A stretch of 64,000 nucleotides of DNA from an uncultured Pseudomonadales bacterium (GCA_964601735.1 CAZROO010000006.1:1198-65197); one strand, 5' to 3'; counted from the first letter of the stretch, positions 1 through 9,467 are shown. Notes: a model not told the origin generated them from the sequence alone. Translations and numbers: made by a program.

Positions 1-2
1 TA

Positions 3-347
3 ACCCTCCCTGCGCTGGCTGCTGAAAGCCGCGAGGGGATGCACCAGATGCCGGATGGCACCTGGATGAAAAATGCCGAGATGGCCAAACCCAAAGCCGC
101 CGAACCTGTCGCCATGAAAGGCGACAAGCGCATCGTGGCTAGCGTAAACGGTCTGGTCTGCGACTACTGCGCACAAGGCATCAAGAAAACCCTCATGAAG
201 GAACCAGGGGTGGCTGATGTGAGCGTAGACCTGTCGGCCAAGACGGTCACGGTGGGTCTCAAGGCTGATGGCAAGCTGGAAGAAGGCCGCCTCAAGGGCC
301 TGCTTAAAGAGGCCGGTTACGACATGACCGCTTACAAGGCGGAATAG
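3..347 (+). CDS. Heavy-metal-associated (HMA) domain protein, probably 5'-truncated by the window edge
   Basis: ORF 39..347. The frame stays open back to nt 3 (TLPALAAES, resembling a signal-peptide end). CxxC metal-binding signature GLVCDYCAQGIKKTL, preceded by a Met/His-rich stretch HQMPDGTWM. Confidence 0.7.
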   Translation, partial: TLPALAAESREGMHQMPDGTWMKNAEMAKPKAAEPVAMKGDKRIVASVNGLVCDYCAQGIKKTLMKEPGVADVSVDLSAKTVTVGLKADGKLEEGRLKGLLKEAGYDMTAYKAE

Positions 348-350
348 ATC

Positions 351-740
351 ATGCGCCAGGATAACTTGAACTGGCGCGACACCGTGATGCCTATGCTGGG
401 CCTATTCACCAGCATGGGCACGCTGGTGTGCTGCGTGTTGCCGTTGGTGTTCGTCTCGCTCGGCATGGGTGCCGCGCTTGTCGGCCTAGTGAGTGCCGCC
501 CCTTGGCTGGTGTGGCTGTCAGCCCATAAGTACTGGGTGTTTGCCATCTCCGGCGGAATGATCGCCGTAAGCTGGTACGCAGTGTGGCGGCAACGCTATG
601 TGCCATGTCCGGCCGACGCCCGGTTAGCAAAAGCCTGCCAGCGTCTCCGACTGTTCTCGTGGGTGATGGCCGGGGTAGCGTCCGGGCTTTGGCTTACTGG
701 CTTTACCGTGGCGATTATCTTGCCGAAGGCGTTATTTTAA
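351..740 (+). CDS. Small polytopic membrane protein with CC motif in TM1 (MerC/MerT-like metal transporter candidate)
   Basis: 129 aa with about 4 hydrophobic helices. TM1 reads GTLVCCVLPLVFVSLGMG (vicinal Cys plus Pro, as in mercury-transporter-type proteins). Starts 4 nt after the HMA gene stop. Confidence 0.45.
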   Translation: MRQDNLNWRDTVMPMLGLFTSMGTLVCCVLPLVFVSLGMGAALVGLVSAAPWLVWLSAHKYWVFAISGGMIAVSWYAVWRQRYVPCPADARLAKACQRLRLFSWVMAGVASGLWLTGFTVAIILPKALF

Positions 741-856
741 GCGCCAAAATTTTGACGGTACAGGAGGCGGTACTGGGGTTATCATACTAAAATATTCATG
801 TTTTATTTCATAAATTTAACATGATTTAAAGTATTCTGCCCCCGCAACCAAAGTTT

Positions 857-886
857 AAAAAAGGGGCCGTGAGGCCTCTCTTTTTT
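857..886. terminator. Bidirectional rho-independent terminator between convergent genes
   Basis: aaaaaaGGGGCCgtgaGGCCTCtctttttt: GC stem with an A-run on one side and a T-run on the other, between the membrane-protein gene (+) and der (-). Confidence 0.6.
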
Positions 887-929
887 CAGTCATGGGACGG
901 CTAACCTTGCGTAATCATCCAGGGCAGCA

Positions 930-2381
930 TTAATCCCGTTTAAACGGGTTACTGCCCGAACGGAAGAGCAATCGCAGCGGCACACCCAGCAGTTGAAGTT
1001 CATCTGCCAACATATTGCGCATAAACTGCTTATAGCTACCAGGAAGACTTGCCACGCGGTTGCCCCAGATGGCGATAGCGGGCGGGTTGGCGCCCACCTG
1101 GCGGGCAAATTTAAGATTGGTGGCGGCCCCGCCTTTGCCCAGCGGCGGGCTGCGGCGGGCCACGATTTTTTCCATCGCACGGTTGATGCGCTTGGTGCCG
1201 ATATCACCGTGATTGGTGGCATGCAAGGATGCGATGGCCTTCATTAAAACCCCGACCCCCTGCCCGTTTTTAGCCGAAAGCGGCAGCGCCACCGGGCGAG
1301 GAATATCGGTAAGCGTGCGGCGCATCTGGTGTTCGGCTTCTTCCAGGCACTCCTTGGTCGCACTCACGGCGTCCCACTTGGTCAGGGCGACCAGTAAAGG
1401 TCTTCCTGCATTTACAAGGGTTTGGGCAATTTTTTTGTCCTGGTTCTCGAAAATATCCCAGTGGCCCTCGCCGGGGTCGTAGGTGCTGGCATCGACCAGC
1501 AGCACGGCCACGTCGGCCTCCTGCCCGGCGTTGACGGCCTGGCCGACGCTCCAGTTTTCGAGGTCTTCGGTGATTTTGGCCTTGCGGCGGAGGCCGGGGG
1601 TGTCTGTTAAAATAAACCTTTGGCCAGAATAGGTTAGCGGGTGGCTCAGGGCCTCGCGGGTGAGGCCCGGCATGGGGCCGGTGAGCATGCGCTCGCCGCC
1701 GAGCAGGCGGTTGGTGAGCGTGGATTTGCCCGCGTTGGGCTGGCCCAGCAGGGCGATTTTGATGGGGCCTTCGGGCACCGGCGGCAGCTCGACTTCGGCA
1801 TCCATATCGGTGTGCAGGGATGTCGCATCGCTGTCGGTTTGGGGTGCAGGCGTGTCGGTTCCGGCCCCGGTTTGACCGATATGTGGTTCAAGAGCGTCGC
1901 GCAAATGATGCAGGTTGATGCGGTGCGCGGCGGAAAGCAGAATCGGCTCGCCCAGACCCAGGCCCAGGCAGGCATCGCGTTGCGCCTGGGCGCGCTTCAG
2001 GTCGGATTTGGAGAGCACCAGCAACATCGGCTTGCCGAGTTTGCGGAGCGAGCGCACCAGGTCGCGGTCGGCGGGCAGCACGCCGCTATCGCCATCGACC
2101 AGGTACACCAGCACGTCGGCATAGTCGGCGGCCTTGCGGGCGATGCGCGTGAGGTTGCGGGTGAGGTCGGCCTCGAGGCTTTCACCCTTGGCACCCTCCT
2201 CCAGCCCGGCGGTGTCGAGCAGGTCGAATTCGAGGTCTTCCAGACGGGCGGGGCAGCGACGGCTGTCGCGGGTGGTACCGGGCGTGGCATGCACCAACGC
2301 GCGCTGGCCACGGGCGAGCGCATTGAACAGAGTGGATTTCCCTGCATTCGGACGGCCAACAAGAGCAACCAGCGTAGTCAT
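930..2381 (-). CDS. der: Ribosome-associated GTPase Der/EngA (two tandem GTPase domains)
   Basis: 483 aa with two P-loops (GRPNAGKSTLFN and GQPNAGKSTLTN), two DTAG/DTPG motifs and a KH-like C-terminus. Confidence 0.95.
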   Translation of the reverse strand: MTTLVALVGRPNAGKSTLFNALARGQRALVHATPGTTRDSRRCPARLEDLEFDLLDTAGLEEGAKGESLEADLTRNLTRIARKAADYADVLVYLVDGDSGVLPADRDLVRSLRKLGKPMLLVLSKSDLKRAQAQRDACLGLGLGEPILLSAAHRINLHHLRDALEPHIGQTGAGTDTPAPQTDSDATSLHTDMDAEVELPPVPEGPIKIALLGQPNAGKSTLTNRLLGGERMLTGPMPGLTREALSHPLTYSGQRFILTDTPGLRRKAKITEDLENWSVGQAVNAGQEADVAVLLVDASTYDPGEGHWDIFENQDKKIAQTLVNAGRPLLVALTKWDAVSATKECLEEAEHQMRRTLTDIPRPVALPLSAKNGQGVGVLMKAIASLHATNHGDIGTKRINRAMEKIVARRSPPLGKGGAATNLKFARQVGANPPAIAIWGNRVASLPGSYKQFMRNMLADELQLLGVPLRLLFRSGSNPFKRD

Positions 2382-2622
2382 AGACCTGCCCTACCACGCC
2401 CCCCGCTTAACGCCAATAGTGTATACATGTATTTATCAAAGAGATGTGGCACGCTTATCGTGTAAAAATCTGCCTATATTGCATACATTCGTTTTTTCGA
2501 GAAAAGGCCGCTTCGTATTGTCCCTTTATGTATACGCGCGTTATAGCCGGGCGTAACATCATTTGTGTCATCTGCCTCCCTTTTCTCCCACCGGCTGTGC
2601 CGGCAACAGAGGATACCCTTCA

Positions 2623-3522
2623 ATGGTCCTGGAACCATACCAAATCATACTCATCGTGCTTGGCGCCGTGGTCGTTATCGGTGCCCTGTACCTGATGGCA
2701 AACCGGCCACCGCCACGGTCGGAAGTTCCCCCTCCCTCCTCGGTGGCAACCTTGCGTGAGCAGGAGGAAGCCGAGGCGCAAATCCTCCGCACCACGCAAC
2801 GCCAAATAAACAAGGAGCTCGCCCAGACCGAAGCCGAGAACCGCCGGATAAGGTTTGCCAATGCCCTTCCCCAAATAGTGATGGGTCTTGTCGGCATTGT
2901 TGTGATCGTGGTGGTTGTGGCCCTCTTCATGCCGCGCTCCTCCCCGGTCGTGCCAGCCAGTACCACGGCAGTGATTACAACCCCACTGACGAAGGACGAC
3001 CTCCGGCAAGTCATAACGGAGGAAGTGCCGCCGATTGTGAATCGCGAAATCGATAAACGATTGCCCGTGGTTCAACCTTCACCGGTGGCGCCCATCGTCA
3101 AAACCGAACTGTCACCGTCCATCAGCATGGAGCAGCAGTCCATCAACAAGGCGGTGAAGGACGATATCAGCACGCTGAAAACCAGCACGGCCGATATCAA
3201 CAGCCGCCTCTCTGCCAACACGACCCAGTTGAACAATATCGACGCCAAACTGGATAGCGTGCTGGCCCGCCCGCCGAGGACGCGCGTCATCAGGCGAACG
3301 GTCCGGAAAACGGTGGTCAGGCCGATGCAGCCCATCATCATCCAGGCGCAACCGCAGCCGCAGGACAATGATGGACTACTCGGGATATCCTCGCCGCTGT
3401 TCTCCTTCCGGCTGGGACCGCAACGGCAAGCGGCCCCGCAGCAGGAGCCGCCACAGGACTACGGCGCGCCGGTGCGGCGGTGCCCTTACTTCCACGGTGC
3501 CGACTACTACCGGCGCTGCTAA
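2623..3522 (+). CDS. Hypothetical two-TM membrane protein with charged coiled region and Pro/Val/Gln-rich tail
   Basis: Start re-picked at MVLEPYQIILIVLGAVVV, with GAGGA 9 nt upstream. Second TM is IVMGLVGIVVIVVVVALF. No motif recognised. Sits on the opposite strand between bamB and der. Confidence 0.5.
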   Translation: MVLEPYQIILIVLGAVVVIGALYLMANRPPPRSEVPPPSSVATLREQEEAEAQILRTTQRQINKELAQTEAENRRIRFANALPQIVMGLVGIVVIVVVVALFMPRSSPVVPASTTAVITTPLTKDDLRQVITEEVPPIVNREIDKRLPVVQPSPVAPIVKTELSPSISMEQQSINKAVKDDISTLKTSTADINSRLSANTTQLNNIDAKLDSVLARPPRTRVIRRTVRKTVVRPMQPIIIQAQPQPQDNDGLLGISSPLFSFRLGPQRQAAPQQEPPQDYGAPVRRCPYFHGADYYRRC

Positions 3523-3530
3523 GCGAGATG

Positions 3531-3559
3531 AAAACGCCCGGGTTTACCCGGGCGTTTTT
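3531..3559. terminator. Bidirectional rho-independent terminator
   Basis: aaaaCGCCCGGGtttaCCCGGGCGttttt, between the hypothetical gene (+) and bamB (-). Confidence 0.75.
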
Positions 3560-3664
3560 GCGTTTTACATGACGGCTGCGCCGCAAGGGGCTTTGCCCCT
3601 TGCCCCCAGAAAAGCTGACTGACGGCTGTGTTATAGGAGCCCGTTTTCAAGGATTGCGGGACGT

Positions 3665-3693
3665 GGATGCCGGCCTGCGCCGGCATGGGGCGG
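3665..3693. repeat. Short palindromic hairpin module (variant of the GGATTCCCGC...GCGGGAATGGGGC family)
   Basis: ggaTGCCGGCctgcGCCGGCAtggggcgg. Same frame and loop as the 46771, 47109 and 62045 copies, but with compensatory stem changes. Confidence 0.5.
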
Positions 3694-3793
3694 TGTTTAT
3701 GGTGATTTTTTTCGGCAAGCCCTCGGGTCAATGCCCGAGGGGGAGCGCCCCAGCCTGTGGCGGGGCGCCGATACTCTTTTTTACTTCCCGGCT

Positions 3794-5143
3794 TTACTTC
3801 CCTGCCCTGAAGGCCACCAGCTTGCCGTTGACGGTGAGGAAGTACAGGCCGTTGCCTGCCACCACCGGGCTCACAGCCACGCCCTTGTCGATTTCGGTGG
3901 CGGCCTTGCGCTTGCCGGTTTCGGGGATGAGGCTCAGCGCGTAGCCGTCGTTGCTGGCGACGATAAGGCGGTCACCCGCCAGCACCGGGCCGCTCCAGAT
4001 GCGGCTATCCTTGGCCTTGGGCAGGCCGGCGTTGAGGTCGGTGACCCAGCGGATGGATCCGTCCTTGCGGTTGAGGCAGGCCAGCTCGCCTTTATCCGTC
4101 AGCACGAACATCTGCATGCCCGCCACCCACGGCATCTGGCTGCTGTTGACGGGTGTTTTCCAGTAGCGCTGGCCGTTCATCAGGCCGTAGGCCACCACGC
4201 CGCCGTTGACGCCCACGGCGTAGACGATGCCGTCGGCGATCACCGGCGAGGCGGCGATGCCGGACACCATGCTTTCGGGGTCTTGTCCGCTGTAAAGGGT
4301 GCTCAGGGTATCGTGCCAGAGGTAGCGGCCGTCGGTTTCGCGCAGTACGTAAAGCTCGCCGCTGCTGTAGGCCACTGCCACCACGCCGTTGGATACGGCG
4401 GGCGCCGCGGCGCTCATCAGGCTCAGGCCTTCTTCCATGCCGCTGTGCGTCCACACCAGGGCGCCGTCGAGCGCCGACAGCACGAACAGGTGGTTATCCT
4501 GCGCCAGCACGAACACGCGTTCGCCATCGACCGTGGGCGCGGCGCGCAGGGCCACGGCCAGCGCGACCTTCCACACCTGCTTGCCGGTGCTGGCGGTAAG
4601 CGCGTAGACCTCGCCGCCGCCGGTGGTGATGAAGAGCAGGTCGCCCTCCACCGCCAGCCCGCCGCCCAGTTTGGCCTGTTCCTTCTCTTTCAGCGGCAGC
4701 TTCACGCTCCACAATTTTTTGCCGCTGTCGGCGGCCAGCGCGGTGACCTGGCCGGAGGTGTCGATGCTGAACACCCGGCCACTGTGCACCACCGGCTGGT
4801 TGATGATTTGCGCGTCGTCGCTGTTGCCACTGCCGATGTCTTCGCTCCAGGCCCGTACCACGCTGGCGGGCATGGCGGCGTGGCCGACGTTATGCGCGGC
4901 GTTGCCGCCGGTCTGGGCCCAGTTTTCAAGTGCGGCAGGCTGCGGAATGGCAAAGCTGTCGGCATCGGCGCCCGGCGTGGCCGAGAGTGCCGATGGCCCC
5001 ATCGTGACGTCCAGGCGTTCGCCTGCCAGCCTGGGCTTTTTGTCTTCGCCGCCGCTGAAGGGGTTGGATGCGCAACCGGCCAATGCCAGCACCATCAGCA
5101 AGCTTGCAGCTTGCAGCTTGTAGTCTGTAGGAAAGATTTTCAT
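3794..5143 (-). CDS. bamB: Outer-membrane protein assembly factor BamB-like lipoprotein (PQQ-like beta-propeller)
   Basis: Start re-picked at MKIFPTDYKLQAASLLMVLALAGC (lipobox LAGC). Repeated propeller blades of the form A..DG.LYAL....G...W. Lies upstream of der, as in many proteobacteria. Confidence 0.8.
   Translation of the reverse strand: MKIFPTDYKLQAASLLMVLALAGCASNPFSGGEDKKPRLAGERLDVTMGPSALSATPGADADSFAIPQPAALENWAQTGGNAAHNVGHAAMPASVVRAWSEDIGSGNSDDAQIINQPVVHSGRVFSIDTSGQVTALAADSGKKLWSVKLPLKEKEQAKLGGGLAVEGDLLFITTGGGEVYALTASTGKQVWKVALAVALRAAPTVDGERVFVLAQDNHLFVLSALDGALVWTHSGMEEGLSLMSAAAPAVSNGVVAVAYSSGELYVLRETDGRYLWHDTLSTLYSGQDPESMVSGIAASPVIADGIVYAVGVNGGVVAYGLMNGQRYWKTPVNSSQMPWVAGMQMFVLTDKGELACLNRKDGSIRWVTDLNAGLPKAKDSRIWSGPVLAGDRLIVASNDGYALSLIPETGKRKAATEIDKGVAVSPVVAGNGLYFLTVNGKLVAFRAGK
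5097..5131. repeat. Heptad array (AGCTTGN)n inside the bamB signal-peptide coding region
   Basis: agcttgc agcttgc agcttgt agtctgt ag encodes residues DYKLQAASL on the minus strand. Near-identical array at 13364..13393. Confidence 0.6.
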
Positions 5144-5183
5144 TTCACAGCACCTATTATTTTGGCGGAGTGTAGGGGTAAAC

Positions 5184-6827
5184 CTAAGACTGGACAACAA
5201 TTTGTTTGGTGGCAAAGCGGTAGGTGTTTTTGCCCGCCTGCTTGGATTCGTACATGGCGGCGTCGGCCTTGCGCACCAATTCGGCCGCCTGCCCGCCGTC
5301 TTGCGGGAACAGCGCAATGCCGATGCTGGTGCCGACATGGGCTTCCTGGCCGTTGAGATTATATGGTGCGCGGATGGTGCTGAGCAGTTTTTCCGCCACC
5401 TGCTCGGCGTCGGCACGGTCGCGGATGGCCAGGATGATGGTGAATTCGTCGCCGCCCAGGCGGGCCACGGTGTCGGTTGCGCGCACCTGCGCCTGGATGC
5501 GCGCCGCCACCTGTTTGAGCAGCAGGTCGCCCGCGTCGTGGCCTAGGGTGTCGTTGACCTTTTTGAAGCCGTCGAGGTCGAGGAACAGCAGCGCCAGCTT
5601 GCCGAGCTGGCGGTGGGCCACGGCCAATGCCATGTTGAGGCGGTCGTTGAAAAGCTGGCGGTTGGGCAGGCCGGTGAGAGTGTCGGAGTAGGCCAGTGCG
5701 TTTTCGCGGCCCCCGGCTTCGGCGGTTTGGGCGCGCAGGCGGTGCAGTTCGGTGTGGTTGCCTGCGGTGAGAATATAGCCGCCGGGGCGGCCGAAGGCAT
5801 CGAGCCAGGCGCGCAGGTGCCAGCTTAGAATCTCCTCGCGGCCATTCACGGTCAGGTGTTCGGCATCGTTGCCCACCACTTCGCCCGCATCGAGCTTTTG
5901 CATCACCACCGCCAGTTCGGGCGGAAATGACGGCACCTTCTGGATATGGCTTTCGCCGCGTTTAAGGTCCGGCACGCCCACCAGTTCGGTGAATTTGGGC
6001 GATACATATAAGTAGACGCCCTGGCGGTCGAGCACCGCAATCGGGCGCATGCTTTCCTCAATCACCTGGCGCACCAGCGCCTCGGCGTTTTGCAGCAGGC
6101 TGGTGTCGGCAAACTGGGTGGAGATATCGCGCAGCAGGATGGCCAGTTCGCCACCCCACGGCCAGGCCAGCGCCTGCCAGTAGCGCTTGCCGTCGCCTGC
6201 GGGGGTTTCGATGTCTTCGCGCCAGGTTTCGCCTTTCATCACCCGGGCCAGCCCGCCGTACAGCGGCGAAGTCTTGAGCCACGGCAGCACCACCTGCAAT
6301 TCCTGGCCGCCCAGTTGCTCCACCTGCAATAACTGCTGGGCGGCGCGGTTGCCGCGGCTGATGCGGCCATCGCGCCCCACCACCAGCCAGATGTCGCTGC
6401 CGCCGTCGAGCAGCTTATCCAGCGCCTCGCGGGCGGCGTCCCATTTTCCGGCGCCGTCCTGCCCGCTGCCGGTCAGGCTTTCAATCTGCCGCTCCTGGTC
6501 GTGAATCCGCTCGAGGTATACGGCGGTTTCCTCATTGGCCACCTGGCGCATGAACAGCAGCGTCATGGCCGCGCCGCCGGCGGGAATAAGCCACAGCAGC
6601 CACTGCGCATGCAGCATGAACAGGTAAAACCGCGCCTGCGCCAGCAACTGGTGCGTCATATCGGTTACCGCATTGGGGTGCGCGGCGGCCTGCCAGTAGG
6701 CACGAGCCAGTTCGGGCACATCGGGCAGCGGGAACATCCGCTCGGCCTCGACCACCACCACGAGCGTTACAGCCGTGGCCACGGCTCCTACGAGCATGAT
6801 CAGTAGCTTACGTAAAACCGGCGGCAT
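5184..6827 (-). CDS. Membrane-anchored PAS-domain diguanylate cyclase (GGDEF)
   Basis: 547 aa with N-terminal TM helices and PAS-like segments. GGDEF domain carries RLGGDEFTIIL and an RxxD-like I-site region. Confidence 0.85.
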   Translation of the reverse strand: MPPVLRKLLIMLVGAVATAVTLVVVVEAERMFPLPDVPELARAYWQAAAHPNAVTDMTHQLLAQARFYLFMLHAQWLLWLIPAGGAAMTLLFMRQVANEETAVYLERIHDQERQIESLTGSGQDGAGKWDAAREALDKLLDGGSDIWLVVGRDGRISRGNRAAQQLLQVEQLGGQELQVVLPWLKTSPLYGGLARVMKGETWREDIETPAGDGKRYWQALAWPWGGELAILLRDISTQFADTSLLQNAEALVRQVIEESMRPIAVLDRQGVYLYVSPKFTELVGVPDLKRGESHIQKVPSFPPELAVVMQKLDAGEVVGNDAEHLTVNGREEILSWHLRAWLDAFGRPGGYILTAGNHTELHRLRAQTAEAGGRENALAYSDTLTGLPNRQLFNDRLNMALAVAHRQLGKLALLFLDLDGFKKVNDTLGHDAGDLLLKQVAARIQAQVRATDTVARLGGDEFTIILAIRDRADAEQVAEKLLSTIRAPYNLNGQEAHVGTSIGIALFPQDGGQAAELVRKADAAMYESKQAGKNTYRFATKQIVVQS

Positions 6828-6881
6828 CTTTATTTAAATTCTGTTCTTGTTTACAATGTAGCAAATAATCGAAGGCTTGCC

Positions 6882-8906
6882 ATGACCCGTTTGTTCTCCC
6901 TGCTTCTGCTGTGTGCCACGCTTGTCACCAACCTGTGGGCCGCCGACGGCACCAGCGACTGGGTTTCTACCGGTACGGTACACAGCCGGCTGGTGGCCAG
7001 CGACGCCAGCGTGCGCAGCGGCCAGACCTTCAATGTTGCCTGGCACGTCAAAATCGACCCCGAATGGCATATTTACTGGAGCAACCCGGGCGACTCGGGC
7101 CTGCCGCCCACGTTGGTGCCCGCCCAGGGCTTTACCGCCGGGCAGCTCACCTTCCCCACACCCAGGCTCATCAGCATCCCGCCCATCATGAACTACGGCT
7201 ACGGTAACGAGGTTATCTTAACCGCGCCGGTGACCGCGCCGCCCACGCTGGCGCAGGGCCATGTGGATGTGCCGGTGACGCTCACCTACCTGTATTGCAG
7301 CAACGAGGTGTGCATGCCGGGGCGGGTTTCGACCACCCTGCCGCTGACCGCCACGCTGGGTGAGCCCACCGCCAACCCGGCGTTTGCCACCCTGCAACAG
7401 CAGCAGGCCCCCGCCCTGCCGCAAACCCTGCCCGCCGATGCGCAAATCACCGCCCACAGGCATGGCCGCGACTTTGTGCTGCGCTTTCACCCCCAGGTGT
7501 TCGGCAGCTTCAGGACCGTACGCTTTTTACCCGCCGAAGACGGCGTGATTCAGGACAGTGCCGACCAGGCCTACAGCCAGAGCGGCAATAGCGGCAGCCT
7601 GACGCTGATTGCCGACCCTCAGGCCACCATGCCTCCCAAAACCCTGCGCGGCCTGCTGCTTATCGACAACAAGGGCTACAGGTTTGAAACCCCGCTGCTC
7701 AGCGCCGCGCCCCTGGCCGCCACGCCTGATGGCCGCCTGGTTGCGGCGGCCGACGGCCTTTTTTTTGCCTTGCTGAGCGCATTTGTTGCCGGGCTTATCC
7801 TTAACCTGATGCCCTGCGTACTGCCGGTGCTGGCGCTCAAGGCGTTTGCGCTGCTTAAAGGCCACCAGAACAAACAGGCCGCCTACCGTCATGCCCTCGG
7901 CTATACGCTGGGCGTGGTTGGCAGCTTTATGGCGCTGGGCGCCACCACGCTTATTTTGCAGGGTGCTGGGCACAGCATCGGCTGGGGCTTCCAGTTGCAG
8001 CAGCCGCTGTTCGTCGCGGCCTTATGCGCCCTGATGGTCGGCCTGGCGCTGAGCTTTTTTGGCGTGGTCGAGGTTGGCACCTCGCTCACCCGTTTGGGCC
8101 ACACCGGCAAGGCGCAACACTTTGGCAACGACGTGCTGACCGGCCTGCTGGCGGTTATTGTTGCCACGCCGTGCACGGTGCCGTTCATGGGTGGCGCGGT
8201 GGCCTATGCCCTCACCCAACCCGCCGCCGTGACGCTGCTGGTGTTCCTCGCGCTCGGCCTTGGCATGGCGGCGCCGCTGGTGGCCATTACCCTGATTCCC
8301 GGCCTGGCCCGCATGCTGCCCAAGCCCGGTGCGTGGCTGGAGGCCTTCAAGCAATTCCTCGGCTGGCCGCTACTGGCCACCGCGTTGTGGCTGTTGTGGG
8401 TTTATAACCACCAGACCGATGCGCTGCACTTCTTTACCCTGTTGGCCGCGTTGCTGGCGTTTGCCTTTGGCCTGTGGCTGTACGGGCGCAAGCCTTCGCT
8501 GTTGCGCGGGCTGGTGCTTGCCGCCCTGTTCGGCCTTGGCGCCTACGGCGTGTACATGCCGCCCATGCCCACCGCCGACTGGCAGGCCTGGAGCGCCACC
8601 GAAGTAAACGCCCTGCGCCCGCACCGCCCGGTGTTCGTCGATTTCACCGCCGACTGGTGCCTGAGCTGCAAGGTCAATGAAGCCACGGTGCTCAACACCG
8701 CCAAAACGCAGGCCTTGTTCCAAAGCAAGAACGTAGCGCTTTTCAAGGCCGACTGGACAACACAGAACCCCGACATCTCCGCCGAACTGGAAAAGCACGG
8801 CCGCCGCGGCGTGCCGCTGTATTTGCTGTACCTGCCGGGGCAGGATGCCATCGTGCTGCCGCAGATTCTTACTTACGGGAAGCTGGAGGAAGCGTTGGGC
8901 AGCTAA
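6882..8906 (+). CDS. Thiol:disulfide interchange / protein-disulfide reductase, DsbD/ScsB family
   Basis: 674 aa. N-terminal periplasmic domain (WHIYWSNPGDSGLPP). CcdA-like membrane core with Cys in LMPCVLPVL and ATPCTVPFMG. C-terminal thioredoxin fold with DWCLSCK. Confidence 0.85.
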   Translation: MTRLFSLLLLCATLVTNLWAADGTSDWVSTGTVHSRLVASDASVRSGQTFNVAWHVKIDPEWHIYWSNPGDSGLPPTLVPAQGFTAGQLTFPTPRLISIPPIMNYGYGNEVILTAPVTAPPTLAQGHVDVPVTLTYLYCSNEVCMPGRVSTTLPLTATLGEPTANPAFATLQQQQAPALPQTLPADAQITAHRHGRDFVLRFHPQVFGSFRTVRFLPAEDGVIQDSADQAYSQSGNSGSLTLIADPQATMPPKTLRGLLLIDNKGYRFETPLLSAAPLAATPDGRLVAAADGLFFALLSAFVAGLILNLMPCVLPVLALKAFALLKGHQNKQAAYRHALGYTLGVVGSFMALGATTLILQGAGHSIGWGFQLQQPLFVAALCALMVGLALSFFGVVEVGTSLTRLGHTGKAQHFGNDVLTGLLAVIVATPCTVPFMGGAVAYALTQPAAVTLLVFLALGLGMAAPLVAITLIPGLARMLPKPGAWLEAFKQFLGWPLLATALWLLWVYNHQTDALHFFTLLAALLAFAFGLWLYGRKPSLLRGLVLAALFGLGAYGVYMPPMPTADWQAWSATEVNALRPHRPVFVDFTADWCLSCKVNEATVLNTAKTQALFQSKNVALFKADWTTQNPDISAELEKHGRRGVPLYLLYLPGQDAIVLPQILTYGKLEEALGS

Positions 8907-8915
8907 TGCTGTACC

Positions 8916-8968
8916 CCATAGCCCCGTCATGCCCGCGCCAAAGAGGGCGCGGGCACGCGGGGCCGACG
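8916..8968 (+). repeat. Solo palindromic hairpin module (type A)
   Basis: ccatagCCCCGtcatGCCCGCGCCaaagagGGCGCGGGCacgCGGGGccgacgg, immediately after the dsbD-family stop. Same module as the halves of the composite elements at 14372, 28070 and 32164. Confidence 0.65.
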
Positions 8969-9029
8969 GAGAGTTATTTGTACCCCCGCATTTATATCCC
9001 TTCACGCGAATGATGGGACAGATGAGAAG

Positions 9030-9467
9030 TTATTTGCCGATGGAGAGCCGCCAGCCGGGGCCAAGTTTGTGGGCGCTGGCCCAGCCGCCGTTGACCTCCA
9101 GCACCGCGTCCACCTGCCCGGGCGGGGAAATCACGGTTTCGTCCATCGGCTTGGCCTGGGGTGCCACCGCCACCACGTAGCCGCGGCTGATAAACAGCAT
9201 ATCGAGCGGGATGCGCGTGTCCTTCATCCAGAAGCCGACCTTTTGCGGCTTGGGCCAGGTGAAAATCATGCCGTCGTTTTCCGGCAGGCTGTCGCGGTTC
9301 ATCAGGCCGTACTGGCGCGCGGCCTCGGTGTCGGCCACCTCGGCATGCACCACCGCCACCTCGCCGTGCGGGCCTTTGAGCATCACGTCTACCTTTTTCA
9401 ACGGCGCGGCGGCAAAAGACGATACCGCCAATCCCATCATCGCCAGCGTGGCCAGTTGTGTTTTCAT
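9030..9467 (-). CDS. DUF192 domain protein (secreted)
   Basis: Signal peptide MKTQLATLAMMGLAVSSFAAA. DUF192-type pattern ...YGLMNRDSLPENDGMIFTW...FWMKDTRIPLDMLFI... Start overlaps the upstream gene stop (ATGA). Confidence 0.75.
   Translation of the reverse strand: MKTQLATLAMMGLAVSSFAAAPLKKVDVMLKGPHGEVAVVHAEVADTEAARQYGLMNRDSLPENDGMIFTWPKPQKVGFWMKDTRIPLDMLFISRGYVVAVAPQAKPMDETVISPPGQVDAVLEVNGGWASAHKLGPGWRLSIGK

Noticed and set aside
2447-2462. TGGCACGCTTATCGTG upstream of the 2623 ORFan as a second sigma-54 promoter.
   Set aside because: The -12 element reads CGTG instead of TTGC (no GC dinucleotide at the required spacing), and it lies about 160 nt from the start. This is too weak.
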